Source: Podarcis bocagei (taxonomy: Eukaryota). From it: a stretch of 64,000 nucleotides of DNA. The translations under genes and the position numbers were made by a program. Shown here piece by piece: positions 1 to 12,250 of this stretch. How positions within the stretch are numbered: position 1 is the stretch's first letter; each line of letters starts with the position of its first letter. The DNA lies in NCBI GenBank assembly GCA_964188305.1, contig OZ076885.1; one strand, 5' to 3'. The notes below the pieces were generated by a model that was given only the letters and a program-made list of their open reading frames with translations, did not search any database and had not been told where the DNA came from.

Positions 1-639
1 GGAGGCAGGCGGGAAAAGCCCCCAAGAGCCGCACACAAGCTCCGTGCGCTCTTGCGGGCTTTTCCACAGGAGGGAGAAGGGACTGACTGGCCGCATCAGT
101 CCCGTCTCCCACCTCCCAGAAAAGCCAGGAGAAGCCGCAATCTCTTTAAAGGGGTTGCGCGGCTTCTGCGATAGGTGAGGGAATCCCCCCACCCTCCCAG
201 AAAAGCCAGGAGAAGCCGTGCAGCCCTTTTAAAGTGCACGCGGCTTCTGTCGGTTTTGCGGGAGGTGGGGGAATTTCCCCACCTCCTAGAAAAGCCAGCA
301 GAAGCCGCACAGCCCCTTTAAAGAGCGCACGGCTTCTGTGGGAGGTGGGGGAATTCCCCCACTTCCCGCAAAAGCAGGGAGAAGGTCTGGGAGAAGCGCA
401 CAGGCTGCACGCTTCTGTCCCCTTCTCCCCAAACTGTGGGCTTTTGCGGGAGGTGGGGGAATTCCCCCACCTCCCGCAAAAGCAGGAAGAAGGTCTGGGA
501 GAATCGCACAGGCTGCCTGCAGCCTGTCCGCTGCTCCCATAGCTGGGGGGGGGGGAATCATATTTTTTTCCTTGATTTCCCCCTCTGAAAACTAGGTGCG
601 CCCTATGGTCAGGTGCGCCCTATGGTGCGAAAAATACGG
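1..639. mobile_element. TcMar-Tc2-type non-autonomous DNA transposon, right part, with GC-rich internal repeats
   Basis: Ends in GGTGCGCCCTATGG...AAAAATACGG followed by TA, the same terminus as the elements at 14858, 17266 and 35974. Interior is repeated GGAGGTGGGGGAATTCCCCC units. Confidence 0.75.
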
Positions 640-949
640 TAGATGGATGGAAAACTCATCCTTTCTCCAGTCCCACTGCCCACCTAAGGCAGAGTAAGGG
701 CACTGATTGAAAGCCAATGTTCTGTTTTGCTCTACTCCAGTAAGAGTAAAAAAAAAAAAGAGAGAAAGGCAAAGTGCCGAAATAGAGGGCAAATTTTGCA
801 ACCCTCAATTTAATAAAAAACAGTAACTTGTCTGCAAGAAAAAGACATATAAAAGAAAATTTAATTCATTGATAACATCTTTTTCCTCCTTGGGAGTCTT
901 ACACACAACCATTTTTATTAAAAACAATCAGTATTTAAACAAAGGATTA

Positions 950-1054
<105 letters not shown>

Positions 1055-2179
1055 TCAAGAAAAAAGTAACAGGTAAATTTATCTAACAATTTATAAGTGA
1101 TATGTACTGTGGTTTTCACACCTGCATGATGAAATTGAAGAGGAGGGTATCAAAGCCCAAATCTTTCCTAGGTTCAGGGGGCAGTGCTAACCTCAGCCAC
1201 TGCCTGGTGGGCCTTAACGATGATCAGGGCAGAATGTGGAGGACAGGCAGATTGCTGTGCCAGCCTGGAGCTGTTGCAGCAATCACACTCAATCCTGTCA
1301 CCTGACAGCAGCAGGGCTGACTTGGGATCCAATGGATCCAAAGGAGTTTTGGATTGTTTTACCTGGGATCTCATTTAAGACTTAAAAAAAGTGTGACTGT
1401 TGAATTGTGATTTATGCTCTATAGTGTTTTGGAACAGTCAAGCTATAATGTTTCTGTTTGGAGCTCTGGAATAAGGTCTGTTCATTCTGTTTTATAGATC
1501 TAGAGGATTGTGGAATACGGGGCAATCCCTTTAAAAAGTCTTTTCTCCCTTTGGCCTCCTGAACCCGTAAGGAGTATCTGGCAAACTATGTGATACAAAA
1601 GTTCATAGTCCTGTAGATATGTGACTCAACAAAATACAGGCCAGCTTCATGTACCAAGGATAATGTGAGGATAAATAAGATAACCCTTATAGGTTAACAC
1701 AAACTCAAATTAATCTGTATTACCAACATTTGTGGGCATGTCTCCATTCATATCAATAGAATTAGGTTTCCTCCAGATTGGTGTTTTATTGTGGGTGCAT
1801 TTTGCAACATATTTTTGATACAGTAATAATGCATTGGTGCTGAATTTATCCTGCTTTGGTTTGTTCTGTAATGCTTCCCCATTGCCACCACATTATTGCT
1901 GTTTGGAGGGGCTATAGCGCAACAAAAGTGGAGTGTGAGAGGAATAAAAAGTTATAAGATTTCAGCAGAAAGTAACGGGATATGCACTGATTGGAAGTGA
2001 AGCAGTGTGACTACCCCAAAGCTTTTGCAGATGCAAACAGTATTGAGAGCGGAATTGCGTGTGGCCACTCTGATAGCATCATGAGCACTATCAGCATGAA
2101 TTTGCAATAAAAAGACCATCTGGAGGGCCCCATAAATGTAAGTTTTTAAATGGGTAGTGGATTAAACATAAAGCAATAC

Positions 2180-2316
2180 CAGTGCAATTTTTCTAGAAAA
2201 AGAGGTGCCAGAACTCACCATGAATGCCTCTCTTATTCACTTATAATAGCAATGTTGCCCACCTGAGAGGTGCCGGAACTGGGTTCTGGCGAGTTGTGGC
2301 TGAAAAAAACACCCTG
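2180..2316. mobile_element. Short hAT-like MITE
   Basis: CAGTGCAATTTTT...AAAAAAACACCCTG termini; internal GAGGTGCC(A/G)GAACT repeats. Confidence 0.5.
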
Positions 2317-2375
2317 GCTCCAGCTTTCCTACGCATATTAACAGCATCACTACAATAGTGAGACCTTACACTTGC

Positions 2376-2458
2376 CTTTTTTCTTTTCCCCAAGGCATTT
2401 GGGCTTCTGAATCATTGAGCCAAGGTAAAGCAACATTTATGGCCAGGTCATAGTGAGC
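2376..2458 (-). CDS. C2orf80: C2orf80 coding exon 3 (AHYDLAINVALPWLNDSEAQMPWGKEK)
   Basis: tttag acceptor; matches human 'AHYDLAISVALQWLD'. Donor is either AG|gcaagt (exon ends 2376) or GT|gtaagg (ends 2370); both are phase 2. Confidence 0.85.
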
Positions 2459-2519
2459 CTAAAAGAGAAAAAAGTTTGTGTGTAATGTCAAACTACATGA
2501 TTTCTTTGCACAACAGCTT

Positions 2520-2726
2520 AAAGGTAAAGGTAAAGGGACCCCTGACCATTAGATCCAGTCATGACATGAGCTTCCAGGTCATGTGGCCAGCATCACTAAG
2601 CCGCTTCTGGCAAACCAGAGCAGCACACGGAAACACCGTTTACCTTCCCGCCGGAGTGGTACCTATTTATCTACTTGCACTTTGACGTGCTTTCGAACTG
2701 CTAGGTTGGCAGGAGCTGGGACCAAC
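2520..2726 (-). mobile_element. Sauria SINE, truncated and internally deleted
   Basis: (AAAGGT)n tail, GGGACCCCTGACC and GGTACCTATTTATCTACTTGCAC core. Confidence 0.9.
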
Positions 2727-3234
2727 AGCTTAGTGCAACTCAAATGTGTTACATGTGTGATGCTGACCCACAGGGTTTGGGTTGCTTTGGTCTACTTTTG
2801 GATTGCTTTGACCACCTGCTCTTGAAAAGAGAACTTAGCACAGGTCAAACATGTGTGCTGTTGACTCACAGGGTCTGTGTTATCTTTGGTTACGTTACAC
2901 AGCCTATCCTGCAAATAGAGTTCCCAATAGGCAGCACTGGTCGCTGCATGGATTCAGTGCATTTGTGCAAAAGTGTCCCAATATTCCAGGGACAGCCCCT
3001 AAATTATGAAAGCCATCCCAGCTTCTGATTTGATCCTGAAATGTCCTGATTTCCCCAGCCAGTGCTGCTGCTGAGCTCAGAGAGGAGGAGGAGCCTGTGT
3101 TTGTCCTGATAGACTGCAGCTGTGGCAGGGGTGGAGCATCTCGTTGTCTCTCCATGGCTGCCACTGCTGGCCTGCTCCCCCTAGGAGCAGAATTCCCTCA
3201 AAGAATTCTTTGAGGAGGAAAATGTGTTTTGAAT

Positions 3235-4064
3235 ATAGAATCATAGAATCATAGAGTTGGAAGAGACCACAAGGGCCATCGAGTCCAACCCCCTGCCAAG
3301 CAGGAAACACCATCAGAGCACTCCTGACATATGGTTGTCAAGCCTCTGCTTAAAGACCTCCAAAGAAGGAGACTCCACCACACTCCTTGGCAGCAAATTC
3401 CACTGTCGAACAGCTCTTACTGTCAGGAAGTGCTTCCTAATGTTTAGGTGGAATCTTCTTTCTTGTAGTTTGGATCCATTGCTCCGTGTCCGCTTCTCTG
3501 GAGCAGCAGAAAACAACCTTTCTCCCTCCTCTATGTGACATCCTTTTATATATTTGAACATGGCTATCATATCACCCCTTAACCTCCTCTTCTCCAGGCT
3601 AAACATGCCCAGCTCCCTTAGCCGTTCCTCATAAGGCATCGTTTCCAGGCCTTTGACCATTTTGGTTGCCCTCCTCTGGACACGTTCCAGTTTGTCAGTG
3701 TCCTTCTTGAACTGTGGTGCCCAGAACTGGACACAGTACTCCAGGTGAGGTCTGACCAGAGCAGAATACAGTGGCACTATTACTTCCCTTGATCTAGATG
3801 CTATACTCCTATTGATGCAGCCCAGAATTGCATTGGCTTTTTTAGCTGCTGCGTCACACTGTTGGCTCATGTCAAGTTTGTGGTCAACCAAGACTCCTAG
3901 ATCCTTTTCACATGTACTGCTCTCAAGCCAGGTGTCACCCATCTTGTATTTGTGCCTCTCATTTTTTTTGCCCAAGTGCAATACTTTACATTTCTCCCTG
4001 TTAAAATTCATCTTGTTTGTTTTTGCCCAGTTCTCTAATCTGTCAAGGTCGTTTTGAAGTGTGA
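3235..4064 (-). mobile_element. CR1 LINE 3' fragment (young; RT C-terminus open)
   Basis: ORF 3313-4113 contains '[18 protein letters not shown]' and 'RLRGDMI'; (ATTCTATG)n tail. Confidence 0.95.
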
Positions 4065-4902
4065 TATGTTTTAAGGGTAAAGTGTGCATGCAGCCAAAGC
4101 TGTAGTGCACCATGAAAGTATTTGTTTCCTGTACTCCTGACTCACTTCTGAATGGGAGATGCCACTTTTTGGCATGCTACAATTAAATGGCCACCTCTAC
4201 TGGTAGCTGTGTCCAATGAGCATGTCTGCCAGCAGCACAGAGCTGACACAATGAGCCAAAGGGTCCTTCTCCACATGCAAGGAAATTACATCCTTTATAC
4301 ATCATTCCTTAGTGGGGAAATAAAGTTTGTCTGATTGATAAAGACATTAGATTTGTTGTTGTTGTTGTTGTTGTTGATTTCATTTCTATACCGCTTTATA
4401 TTTTTAAGAAAAATCTCAAAGCTGATTACAAATATTAAAACATCAATAAAACAACCTGAAGGAAGTTAAATATAAAGTATACAGTCAAAGCAACATAATT
4501 AACAGAAAACTAAAACTAAAATGTTATCTTAAAGATTTCAAAATAAAACATTACAAAGGAGGACTACAGAATACATATTTAACACAAAGTTAACAAAAAA
4601 ACTTAAACATTTCAAAAAATAAATAAATAAGAAACATTGCTAAGTGAAGTCAAATACAAAATGCACATTTAAAACAGCAAAATTAACAAGAGAATAAAGT
4701 ATTATCATAGTTATTATGCATCACCTGGATTCTCCTTATTGCCTTATACTGAGTCAGTCAATTTCTAGCTCAGGATTGTCTACACCGAATGACTGTCTAC
4801 AATGCCCTTCCATACTGCTAGGCAGGGAGCACTCCCAGTCCTCCCTAGAGATGTCAGGGATTTAACCTGCGAGCGTCTGCATGCAAAACAGATGCTGTAC
4901 TA

Positions 4903-5088
<186 letters not shown>

Positions 5089-5237
5089 TCAGCCACTCAG
5101 TGCATTATTACTTGTGTGCGCTGGGGTGGGATAGGAAAGTGTGAGGTGCTATGCACATTGGGTATAAAATGCAGCTATTAGATATGAATCTACTTGAAAG
5201 TACAGTATATATAAAAAAGATAGAAGGTGGTACTTAC

Positions 5238-5278
5238 AAGAGTTTTTCAATCTCTTGTTTCAAACGTTTTCTCTCCAT
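5238..5278 (-). CDS. C2orf80: C2orf80 first coding exon (MERKRLKQEIEKLL)
   Basis: ATG at 5278, gtaagt donor, phase 2 joins the next exon. Matches human 'MERRLIKKEMKKLL'. Confidence 0.88.
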
Positions 5279-5373
5279 TAATTTGTGTGTTCTTTCTCCA
5301 CGTGCCAGTTGCAAAGGTCCAATAAGGTAAGAACTATGTACAATGAATGAACATAAGACATTAAGGATAGGTA

Positions 5374-5619
5374 TTTCCTATGGGCTTGCTTCGCAAGACG
5401 ACAATGTCTTGCGAGTTCCTGCTGGTTTTTTCCCCCTCCCCCCTTTTTCTAAGCCGCTAAGGCACTTATCAGCTGATCCGATCAGCAGATAAGCCGCTAA
5501 AAGCCGCTAATACCCGCTAATAGCGCTAATCCGTCAATGGGCTTGCTTCGCAAGACTAAAAAACCGCTAGACGAAGAGAATCACAGAACGGATTCTTTTC
5601 GTCTTGCGAGGCACCACTG
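5374..5619. mobile_element. Tigger-like MITE, one end missing
   Basis: TTCGTCTTGCGAGGCACCACTG|TA terminus; body matches 8556-8897. Confidence 0.85.
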
Positions 5620-5754
5620 TATCTTTTATCCTCCTCTTGGCATTGCCCATAATGTTACTCAGGTCTAGCAGCAGCTGCAGCATTCTTTACAAAGTTAACA
5701 GCTGCATGCTATGCAACACACAAAGAATTTGCACATGTAATTCTACCTTGGGAA

Positions 5755-6205
5755 CAGTGGCGTAGCGTGAGTTGTCAGCACCCGGGGCAACGCAAGTAAT
5801 TTGCGCCCCCTAACCCGGGGCAAGGGACGTAATTTGCGCCCCCCCTAACCCCTAACCTGCGAGTTGCCGCTGGCGCTGCCGCCCAAACGACGCCGCTTGC
5901 CCGGAGGAGGAGGGGGGCAGAGAGGCGAGGAAAATGCAACGGCCCAGCAGCTGCAGCAGCAGCGGCGGAGGCGGGGCTGTGAGGAGGGGCTGCCTGGCGC
6001 GTCCTCCGCGGCGAGCGCTGAGAGCCGCTGCCTGCCGGGCGCCTTCAGCCCGGACGCGCGCACAGCTCGTCGGTTCCGCGAGACATGCAGCTCTGCTACA
6101 GCCTGCGCCCGAGGCTCTTCGGCGACTCCAGAGGCAGCGAGCGCCCCCCCCAGATGTTGCGCCCGGTGCGGCCTGCACCCCCTGCACCCCCACACTACGT
6201 CACTG
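5755..6205. mobile_element. hAT non-autonomous transposon, GC-rich
   Basis: TIRs CAGTGGCGTAG / CTACGTCACTG; perfect 8-bp TSD CTTGGGAA at 5747-5754 and 6206-6213. Confidence 0.9.
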
Positions 6206-8458
6206 CTTGGGAACCCACTATTCCCTGTACACACCTTCCTCCAGGATCCAATAATATAAAAATCTTCCATTGTATATTAATGGTACATTTCCCTACTATA
6301 TATGCACATGTTTAAGGATAAGAAACCACAGAAAAAATAGAGGTAATATATTCCAGTGGTGATATTTCACTGTAAATACTGATATCAATGGATTCTATTA
6401 ACAACAAAAACCCATCCACAGATTCCCATACCTGAAACATGAATGCGTAACATACTTGTAAACCGTATTTTAAACATATCTGATGTGTGAAAGATAATTA
6501 TTTTGTGAGCAACTGTTGAGTTATTCTTATTGTTTATTCTCTAAGATCCTAATTTCTTTTCTAAGAACCTAAATTGGCATGGTAAGGTCTACACATTCTG
6601 TTCTAATGAAATTGTATTTTTATTAACAACAAAATAAATTTGAGGTTTCAAGGGAGATTCTGGGCTAAATCAAAAAAACCATCAAAATAAATTTAGCAGC
6701 TACAAGTACTTTGTTTGTAAAGCAAAATTGCATGCTACCTTCTGTCCATTTAGCAGTGAGATAAATGAATTGACTGTCAGCTGTGAAAAGAATGCAACAT
6801 CTTAAATAGCATCTTAAAGATGATACAGTGTGGTACTTCTACATAAATGGATGAAAAATAAGCCATTACCTCTTCCCACGCAATGGTTATTAAAAAGACT
6901 CAGGTTCTGGATTTCATTGACTTGGTATCATTAGAAAAGCCTTCTGTCCAGATGATGTTATTTTCTTCTTGCTTGTCCTGCTGAGCCTTATCAGAAATGA
7001 AAGCCTTGCTCAGGGAAAGCAAGAGAATGAACCACTTGTCTGTTGCTTAGAAACACAATATTGCTGAACTGAATATTTAAGAAAAAGAATACAGACCTGG
7101 CAAGCAGCTCCCCGTTGGGCTGAGCTGCCTGGTCAGAGTGCAAGAGATCCTTTTACATGCCAAGGCATTGGATTTCAAAGCTAAATGTTTTATCTGAAAC
7201 ACTGATAGCTGGTTGATAAATGAGAACTGGTCCCTCTTCTGCCATGGACCTTATTGGATGTAACAGTTTGCGTCAACAATCACTTGCATTAAAAGGAAGC
7301 AAGGGGTCAAGAAAACAAAGAATTGACATGTTCCTAGGGACACTTGAAGTCTAATCCTGTGTGGATTGAAGCACACCTAAGGACACTGAAATCAAATGGA
7401 TGTTAAGTGTGTTTAATTTAATGCAGCGTTCAACTCAACAGTATTTGTTGCATAACACCCCAATCTCTGAGTGGTGCAAGGTTCCAGGGGTTTACCCAGG
7501 GTTTGTTTTTTTCTCAGAATGAGGGACAGCGGAGACTGTGGTGTCTTTATGATACATGGTTTATTACACATATATACAACCTGAGCCCACGATGGAGGGT
7601 TTCACACCATTAACACCCCAAAAAGGTCTTGCTTCTCCCATAGCCACAGCCTTGGATTCAAGCAGAAATCAGGCATTCTGTCTTCCTGGCTTCCTAGCCT
7701 GCCACTTTACGCCCAGCTTCTAGCTCACATAACTCAATTCTCCACTCTGGCACAGAGCAACTTCCTTTGTTACCTTAATGACCCATACTCAGGCCACTAC
7801 CTCACCAGGAAGCTAGCCTGTCTTATTTCAAGATAAGAATCCTCGTTTTACCACTTTTTTCACTTGCTGGATCCAGGAATTAGAAGGGGCCCTTGCATAC
7901 AAGCCTACCCCTGCTGCACAAACTCCTAACAGTATTATACAGAATATGAATGTCACGGTCCGGTTCACAGGCGATCAAAGTCCTGGCAGGGGGCAATAGG
8001 GCGGGGTGGGAGCAGGAACGGGAGTCCAGAAGCCAGGAGTCAGAAGCCAAGAGTCTGAGGGTCAGGAAGCAAGGAGTCAAGAAGCCAAGGGTCCGAGGGC
8101 CAGGAAGCAGGGAGTCAAGAAACCAAGGGTCCGAGGATCAAGAAGCAGGGAGTCAAGAAGCCGAGGTTCAAGGATCAGGAAGCAAGAAGCCAAAGGCAGG
8201 AAGCGTGCTGCTGTGGCAAAGAGCTGAAGGGAAATGCTGACCTTATATCTCTTCCCAGCTCTTGCCACCAGGTGCTATGAGTTACCAATTGGCCTCACCT
8301 GTGAGGCCGCGCCTTGCCTCTTCAGAACAAACTTAGGAAGGCCCCAGTCCTGCAGAGTCCTATTGGTCACAGGGCCTGGCTCCTGCACACGCACCTGACA
8401 ATGGGGGAAGGTAGGGCGCTTCTCAAATTCCCTTAAAAAATAATAATTAAACATGCAT

Positions 8459-8545
8459 ATTATAATATAATATAATATAATATAATATAATATAATATAA
8501 TATAATATAATATAATATAATATAATATAATATAATAATATAATA
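8459..8545. repeat. (TATAA)n microsatellite
   Basis: Pentamer tandem repeat read directly. Confidence 0.95.
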
Positions 8546-8555
8546 CAATACAATA

Positions 8556-8897
8556 CAGTGGTGCCCCGCAAGACGAATGCCTCGCAAGACGGAAAACTCG
8601 CTAGACGAAAGAGTTTACCGTTTTGGAGGTGCTTCGCAAAATGAATTTCCTATGGGCTTGCTTCGCAAGACGAAAATGTCTTGCGAGTTCCTGCTGGTTT
8701 TTTCCCCTTCCCCCCCTTTTTCTAAGCCGCTAAGGCGCTTATCAGCTGATCCAATCAGCAGATAAGCCGCTAAGCCGCTAAAAGCCGCTAATAGCGCTAA
8801 TCCGCTAATCCGTCAATGGGCTTGCTTCGCAAGACGAAAAACCGCTAGACGAAGAGAATCACAGAACGGATTCTTTTCGTCTTGCGAGGCACCACTG
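8556..8897. mobile_element. Tigger-like MITE
   Basis: TA|CAGTGGTGCCCCGCAAGACGAA...TTCGTCTTGCGAGGCACCACTG|TA. Confidence 0.92.
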
Positions 8898-9558
8898 TAT
8901 AATAATATAATAGTATATTCCAGCATATCAGGATGGGTGTGGTATAAATTATTATTATTATTATTATCATTATTACAGCTAGCTATACCCTGGGAACCAG
9001 TTGGTTAGAGACACTCAATCAACTGTTACCATCTTAAGAGTCCACATAAATCTTGTGGGGCTATTGATTTGTTTTCGGTTCCGTTCTTTCTTTTTTGCTA
9101 CGTATTTTGCACCAGGTGCTGTGAGTTACCAATTGGCCTCACCTGTGAGGCCGCGCCTTGCCTCTTCAGAACAAACAGGAAGGCCCCAGTCCTGCAGAGT
9201 CCTAATGGTCACAGGGCCTGGCTCCTGCACGCACCCCTGACAATGAAGACCAATTGCGATTTTTGTGTGCGTGAATGCAGGTGCAAAAACTTGTTGAAAT
9301 GTGTGACAGCTGCTACAAACTGAGTAAAGCTGCACTCTCTCCATCAAACAGTGGGGTTTGATCAAACGTGCATGGGATTGCGCCTTTAGAACATGAGCTG
9401 CTGCAGAAGCCCACAGTGCTATTAAAAGTAAAGGTGGGACAATTCGCACGGGGGAGCACCCCACGTTTTCCTGCCAGGGATCTTGGCGCACCTTTTGTCG
9501 ATCTGAACTACTAGGCCGCCCAGCCCTGACGCCACCAGCATCTCTGCTGGGTTTGGCC

Positions 9559-10013
9559 CAGTGCTTTTTTCCTGGGGGGACGCAGGGGTACCCTTAAACA
9601 TTTTGAGAATCGAAGTTTGGCCTGAATTTAATATCTGAACTGGAATACAAAATGGGAGGTGTGAGGAGGTCAAGAAACTAGTGAATGAAATATAAGATTT
9701 GAAAATATTAATCTATTTTCTGTTTTGTCTCTTGGCTTTTCTCTTTGTTCTTATTTTTTCTTTTCTTTTTCTCTCTTCTATTGCTAACTGTTTCTTATTG
9801 TGTATTCTTTATGTGTTTTGTTTTTGTATTTTTATATTTTAGTAGTTTTTTAATGTATAAATTCTGGAATTTTTTATTGTTTGTGAAACTTTAATAAACA
9901 TTATTTTTTTAACAAAATAAATAAGTTTGGCCTCATTGAGGGGCAGTATTTCAACATGAGTAGGAAAATGAGAGTACCCCAAACATTATTATTTTTTTAG
10001 AAAAAAAGCACTG
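9559..10013. mobile_element. hAT MITE containing an L1-like 3' fragment (9624-9922)
   Basis: TIRs CAGTGCTTTTTT / AAAAAAGCACTG; 8-bp TSD GTTTGGCC. Inner A-rich insert flanked by AAGTTTGGCCT direct repeats. Confidence 0.8.
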
Positions 10014-10166
10014 GTTTGGCCCAAGACATTTTGGCACCTGAGGTAAACCACACAATGGCATTCTCTTGGTCCTCGCCAGGGAAAAGGGGGCGAGCGAAGA
10101 CCAGGAAGAAGGGAAGAAAGTAAAGGTCTACTTTGAGGTCTGCTGCCCCTGTGAATGCTGCCGCCT

Positions 10167-11620
10167 GTTTGCTGACTGGGAACAGTTATGGACCACAGGT
10201 ATGAAGTTTACGGCATGCAATGCCTTAAGAGAGAATATTATGAAAATGATATACAGGTGGTACATAACCCCAGTCAAGCTTGCAAAAATCTACCATTTGC
10301 CCGATAATAAATGTTGGAAATGTAAAGAAACTGAAGGTACATTCTTTCACCTTTGGTGGACGTGCCCAAAGATTAAGGCTTTTTGGGAAATGATATATAA
10401 TGAATTGAAAAAGGTATTTAAATATACCTTCTTGAAGAAACCAGAGGCTTTTCTCCTGGGCATGGTTGGCCAATTGGTGTTAAAGAAGGATACAGTGGTA
10501 CCTCGCAAGACGAACGCCTCGCAAGACGGAAAACCCGCAAGACGAAAGGGTTTTCCGTTTTGGAGGCGCTTCGCAAGATGAATTTCCCTATGGGCTTGCT
10601 TCGCAAGACGACAGCCCATAGGGAAATATCCAGGACAGCGGGGAAGCGCAGCGCGTCTTCCCCACTGTCCTCGGACCTCCTCCGAAGCCGGGCGGCGGGG
10701 CGGGAACACCTTCTGAAGGCGGGCGGGGGGCGAAAGTCTTTGTCCCCCCTGCCTGCCTTCCCAGGGGCTTTTAAATCACCCCGGACAGGGGAGAAGTCCT
10801 CCGCTGTCCCGGGGCGATTTTAAAATGCCGCCCGCCAGCATTTTAAGATCGCCCAGACAGCGGAGAAGTCCTCCACTGTCCTGGGGTTTTTTAAAATGCT
10901 GGGGGTGGGAAGAAAAGCCCTTGCCCCCCCCCCCAGCCTTCAGAAGTGGTCGGGGGACAGACTGTCCCCGGACCTGGTCTGAAGGCGGTTTCCCTAGGAA
11001 CGCATTAATTGATTTTCAATGCATTCCTATGGGAAACCGTGCATCGCAAGACGAAAAACTCGCAAGACGAAGAGACTTGCGGAATGAATTAATTTCGTCT
11101 TGCGAGGCACCACTGTAGAACTTTCTTTATGTATGCTACAACAGCAGCAAGAATGCTTATTGCAAAGTATTGGAAGACACAAGATCTACCCACCCTGGAA
11201 GAATGGCAGATGAAGGTGATCGACTATATGGAACTGGCGGAAATGACTGGCAGAATCCGAGACCAGGGAGAAGAGTCGGTGGAAGAAGACTGGAAGAAAT
11301 TTAAAGACTATTTGCAGAAATATTGTAAAATTAATGAATGCTAGAAGGATGTTGGATAGAAACTAAGTGGTTTCCAGCTGTAATGCTTTAAGAGATATGA
11401 AAAAAGGTTTGCAAAAGCTTAATGGAAAGATTTGCTGAACTAACAAACTGAAGTGGAATACAAAAAAGGGAGGTATGAGGAGGTCGGGGGAAACAAGTGT
11501 AAGGAAGATATCTTATGGAAAATCAATGTGTTTTTTAACTGCTTTTATTTTGTATGTTTCTTTTTTTATTTTTACTGTTATACTTTAAAAACTTTAATAA
11601 ATATCTTTAAAAAAATAAAA
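10167..11620 (+). mobile_element. L1/Tx1-clade LINE 3' fragment, split by a MITE
   Basis: ORF2 C-terminal 'CWKCKETEGTFFHLWWTC' zinc knuckle; AATAAA and A-rich tail; 14-bp TSD GAATGCTGCCGCCT at 10153-10166 and 11621-11634. Confidence 0.9.
10493..11115. mobile_element. Tigger-like MITE with GC-rich internal sequence
   Basis: TA|CAGTGGTACCTCGCAAGACG...GAGGCACCACTG|TA; removing it restores the L1 frame (KKD|RTFFMYA). Confidence 0.92.
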
Positions 11621-11639
11621 GAATGCTGCCGCCTCACCT

Positions 11640-12250
11640 CGCCTCACGGGCAGGCCGGCCCTCATCTCTGGGCAGAAGCTGCGCGGGTTTCCATGGCGAC
11701 GCAGCCCGCTCACCTGGAGGGAGTTAGGCCTCGCCCTTCCCTCACACGCGGGAGGAGGCAAGCAGGCCAAAGGGCTGCCGGAGGAACAGAGCGGCTCTTA
11801 AGAGCGCACAAACAACAACAACAACAACAACAACCTGTTTTTATTTATTTTGTTCCTTTTAAAATTTAGGACAGGAAACTCCTCAGCCCCTCAAGGAATT
11901 CTGGGCGTTGTAGTTCTTGGAAGGTGAAGGGGGCGGAGTCAACGCCGCGGCTGACAGAAGGGCCAATCCCGTCGCTCGGAGGGGATCACATGATAAAGTC
12001 CAAACCCAAACGCGGTTTTTGCTTATAGAAGGTGACAGAGGAATTAGAAGAAAGGAGAGGCGAGAGGAAGAGCGAGGGCGGACTTTCTTTATCCAGGGCA
12101 CTAAGGGGTTCGGGAACCCTAGCACATCTTTGTTGCTCTTGTTGTTTTCTTTCAAAATGAAGTTCTAACTACAGTCCCGCTTTTCGGAGGAGGCTGAGGC
12201 CGCTTGGAGGATTGAACTGGGTTATTTTTTTGAATGAAAGTGGTAAGTAT
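11640..12250. promoter_or_regulatory. CpG-rich, probably bidirectional promoter (SGO2-like plus, C2orf80 minus)
   Basis: X-box GTTTCCATGGCGAC 11687-11700; ZNF143-like ACTACAACGCCCAG (minus, ~11901-11914); GC box ~11930; CCAAT 11963; TTCAAA 12151 and TTTGAA 12229; donors CAG|gtgagc (minus, 11714) and GTG|gtaagt (plus, 12242). Confidence 0.7.
12160..12242 (+). other. Probable non-coding first exon of the SGO2-like gene (start approximate)
   Basis: Strong donor GTG|gtaagt at the CpG island edge. Confidence 0.55.

Larger units (their letters stand above)
7951..9242 (-). mobile_element. LTR-like element: ~450-bp LTR (7951-8400) plus a second partial copy (~9111-9242)
   Basis: TGTCA...TGACA ends; 5-bp TSD ATGAA at 7946-7950 and 9243-9247; TATA-like and CCAAT boxes on the minus strand; ~38-bp internal tandem repeats. 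Confidence 0.6.

Noticed and set aside
5845-6315. GC-rich ORFs or apparent CpG-island promoter
   Set aside because: Almost entirely inside a hAT element with an 8-bp TSD.
6870-7010. Possible C2orf80 5' UTR exon (GAG|gtaatg donor, minus strand)
   Set aside because: Only splice-site plausibility; no homology or frame support.
8040-8200. Regular short repeats resembling a CRISPR array
   Set aside because: Tandem units without unique spacers, inside an LTR, in a vertebrate genome.
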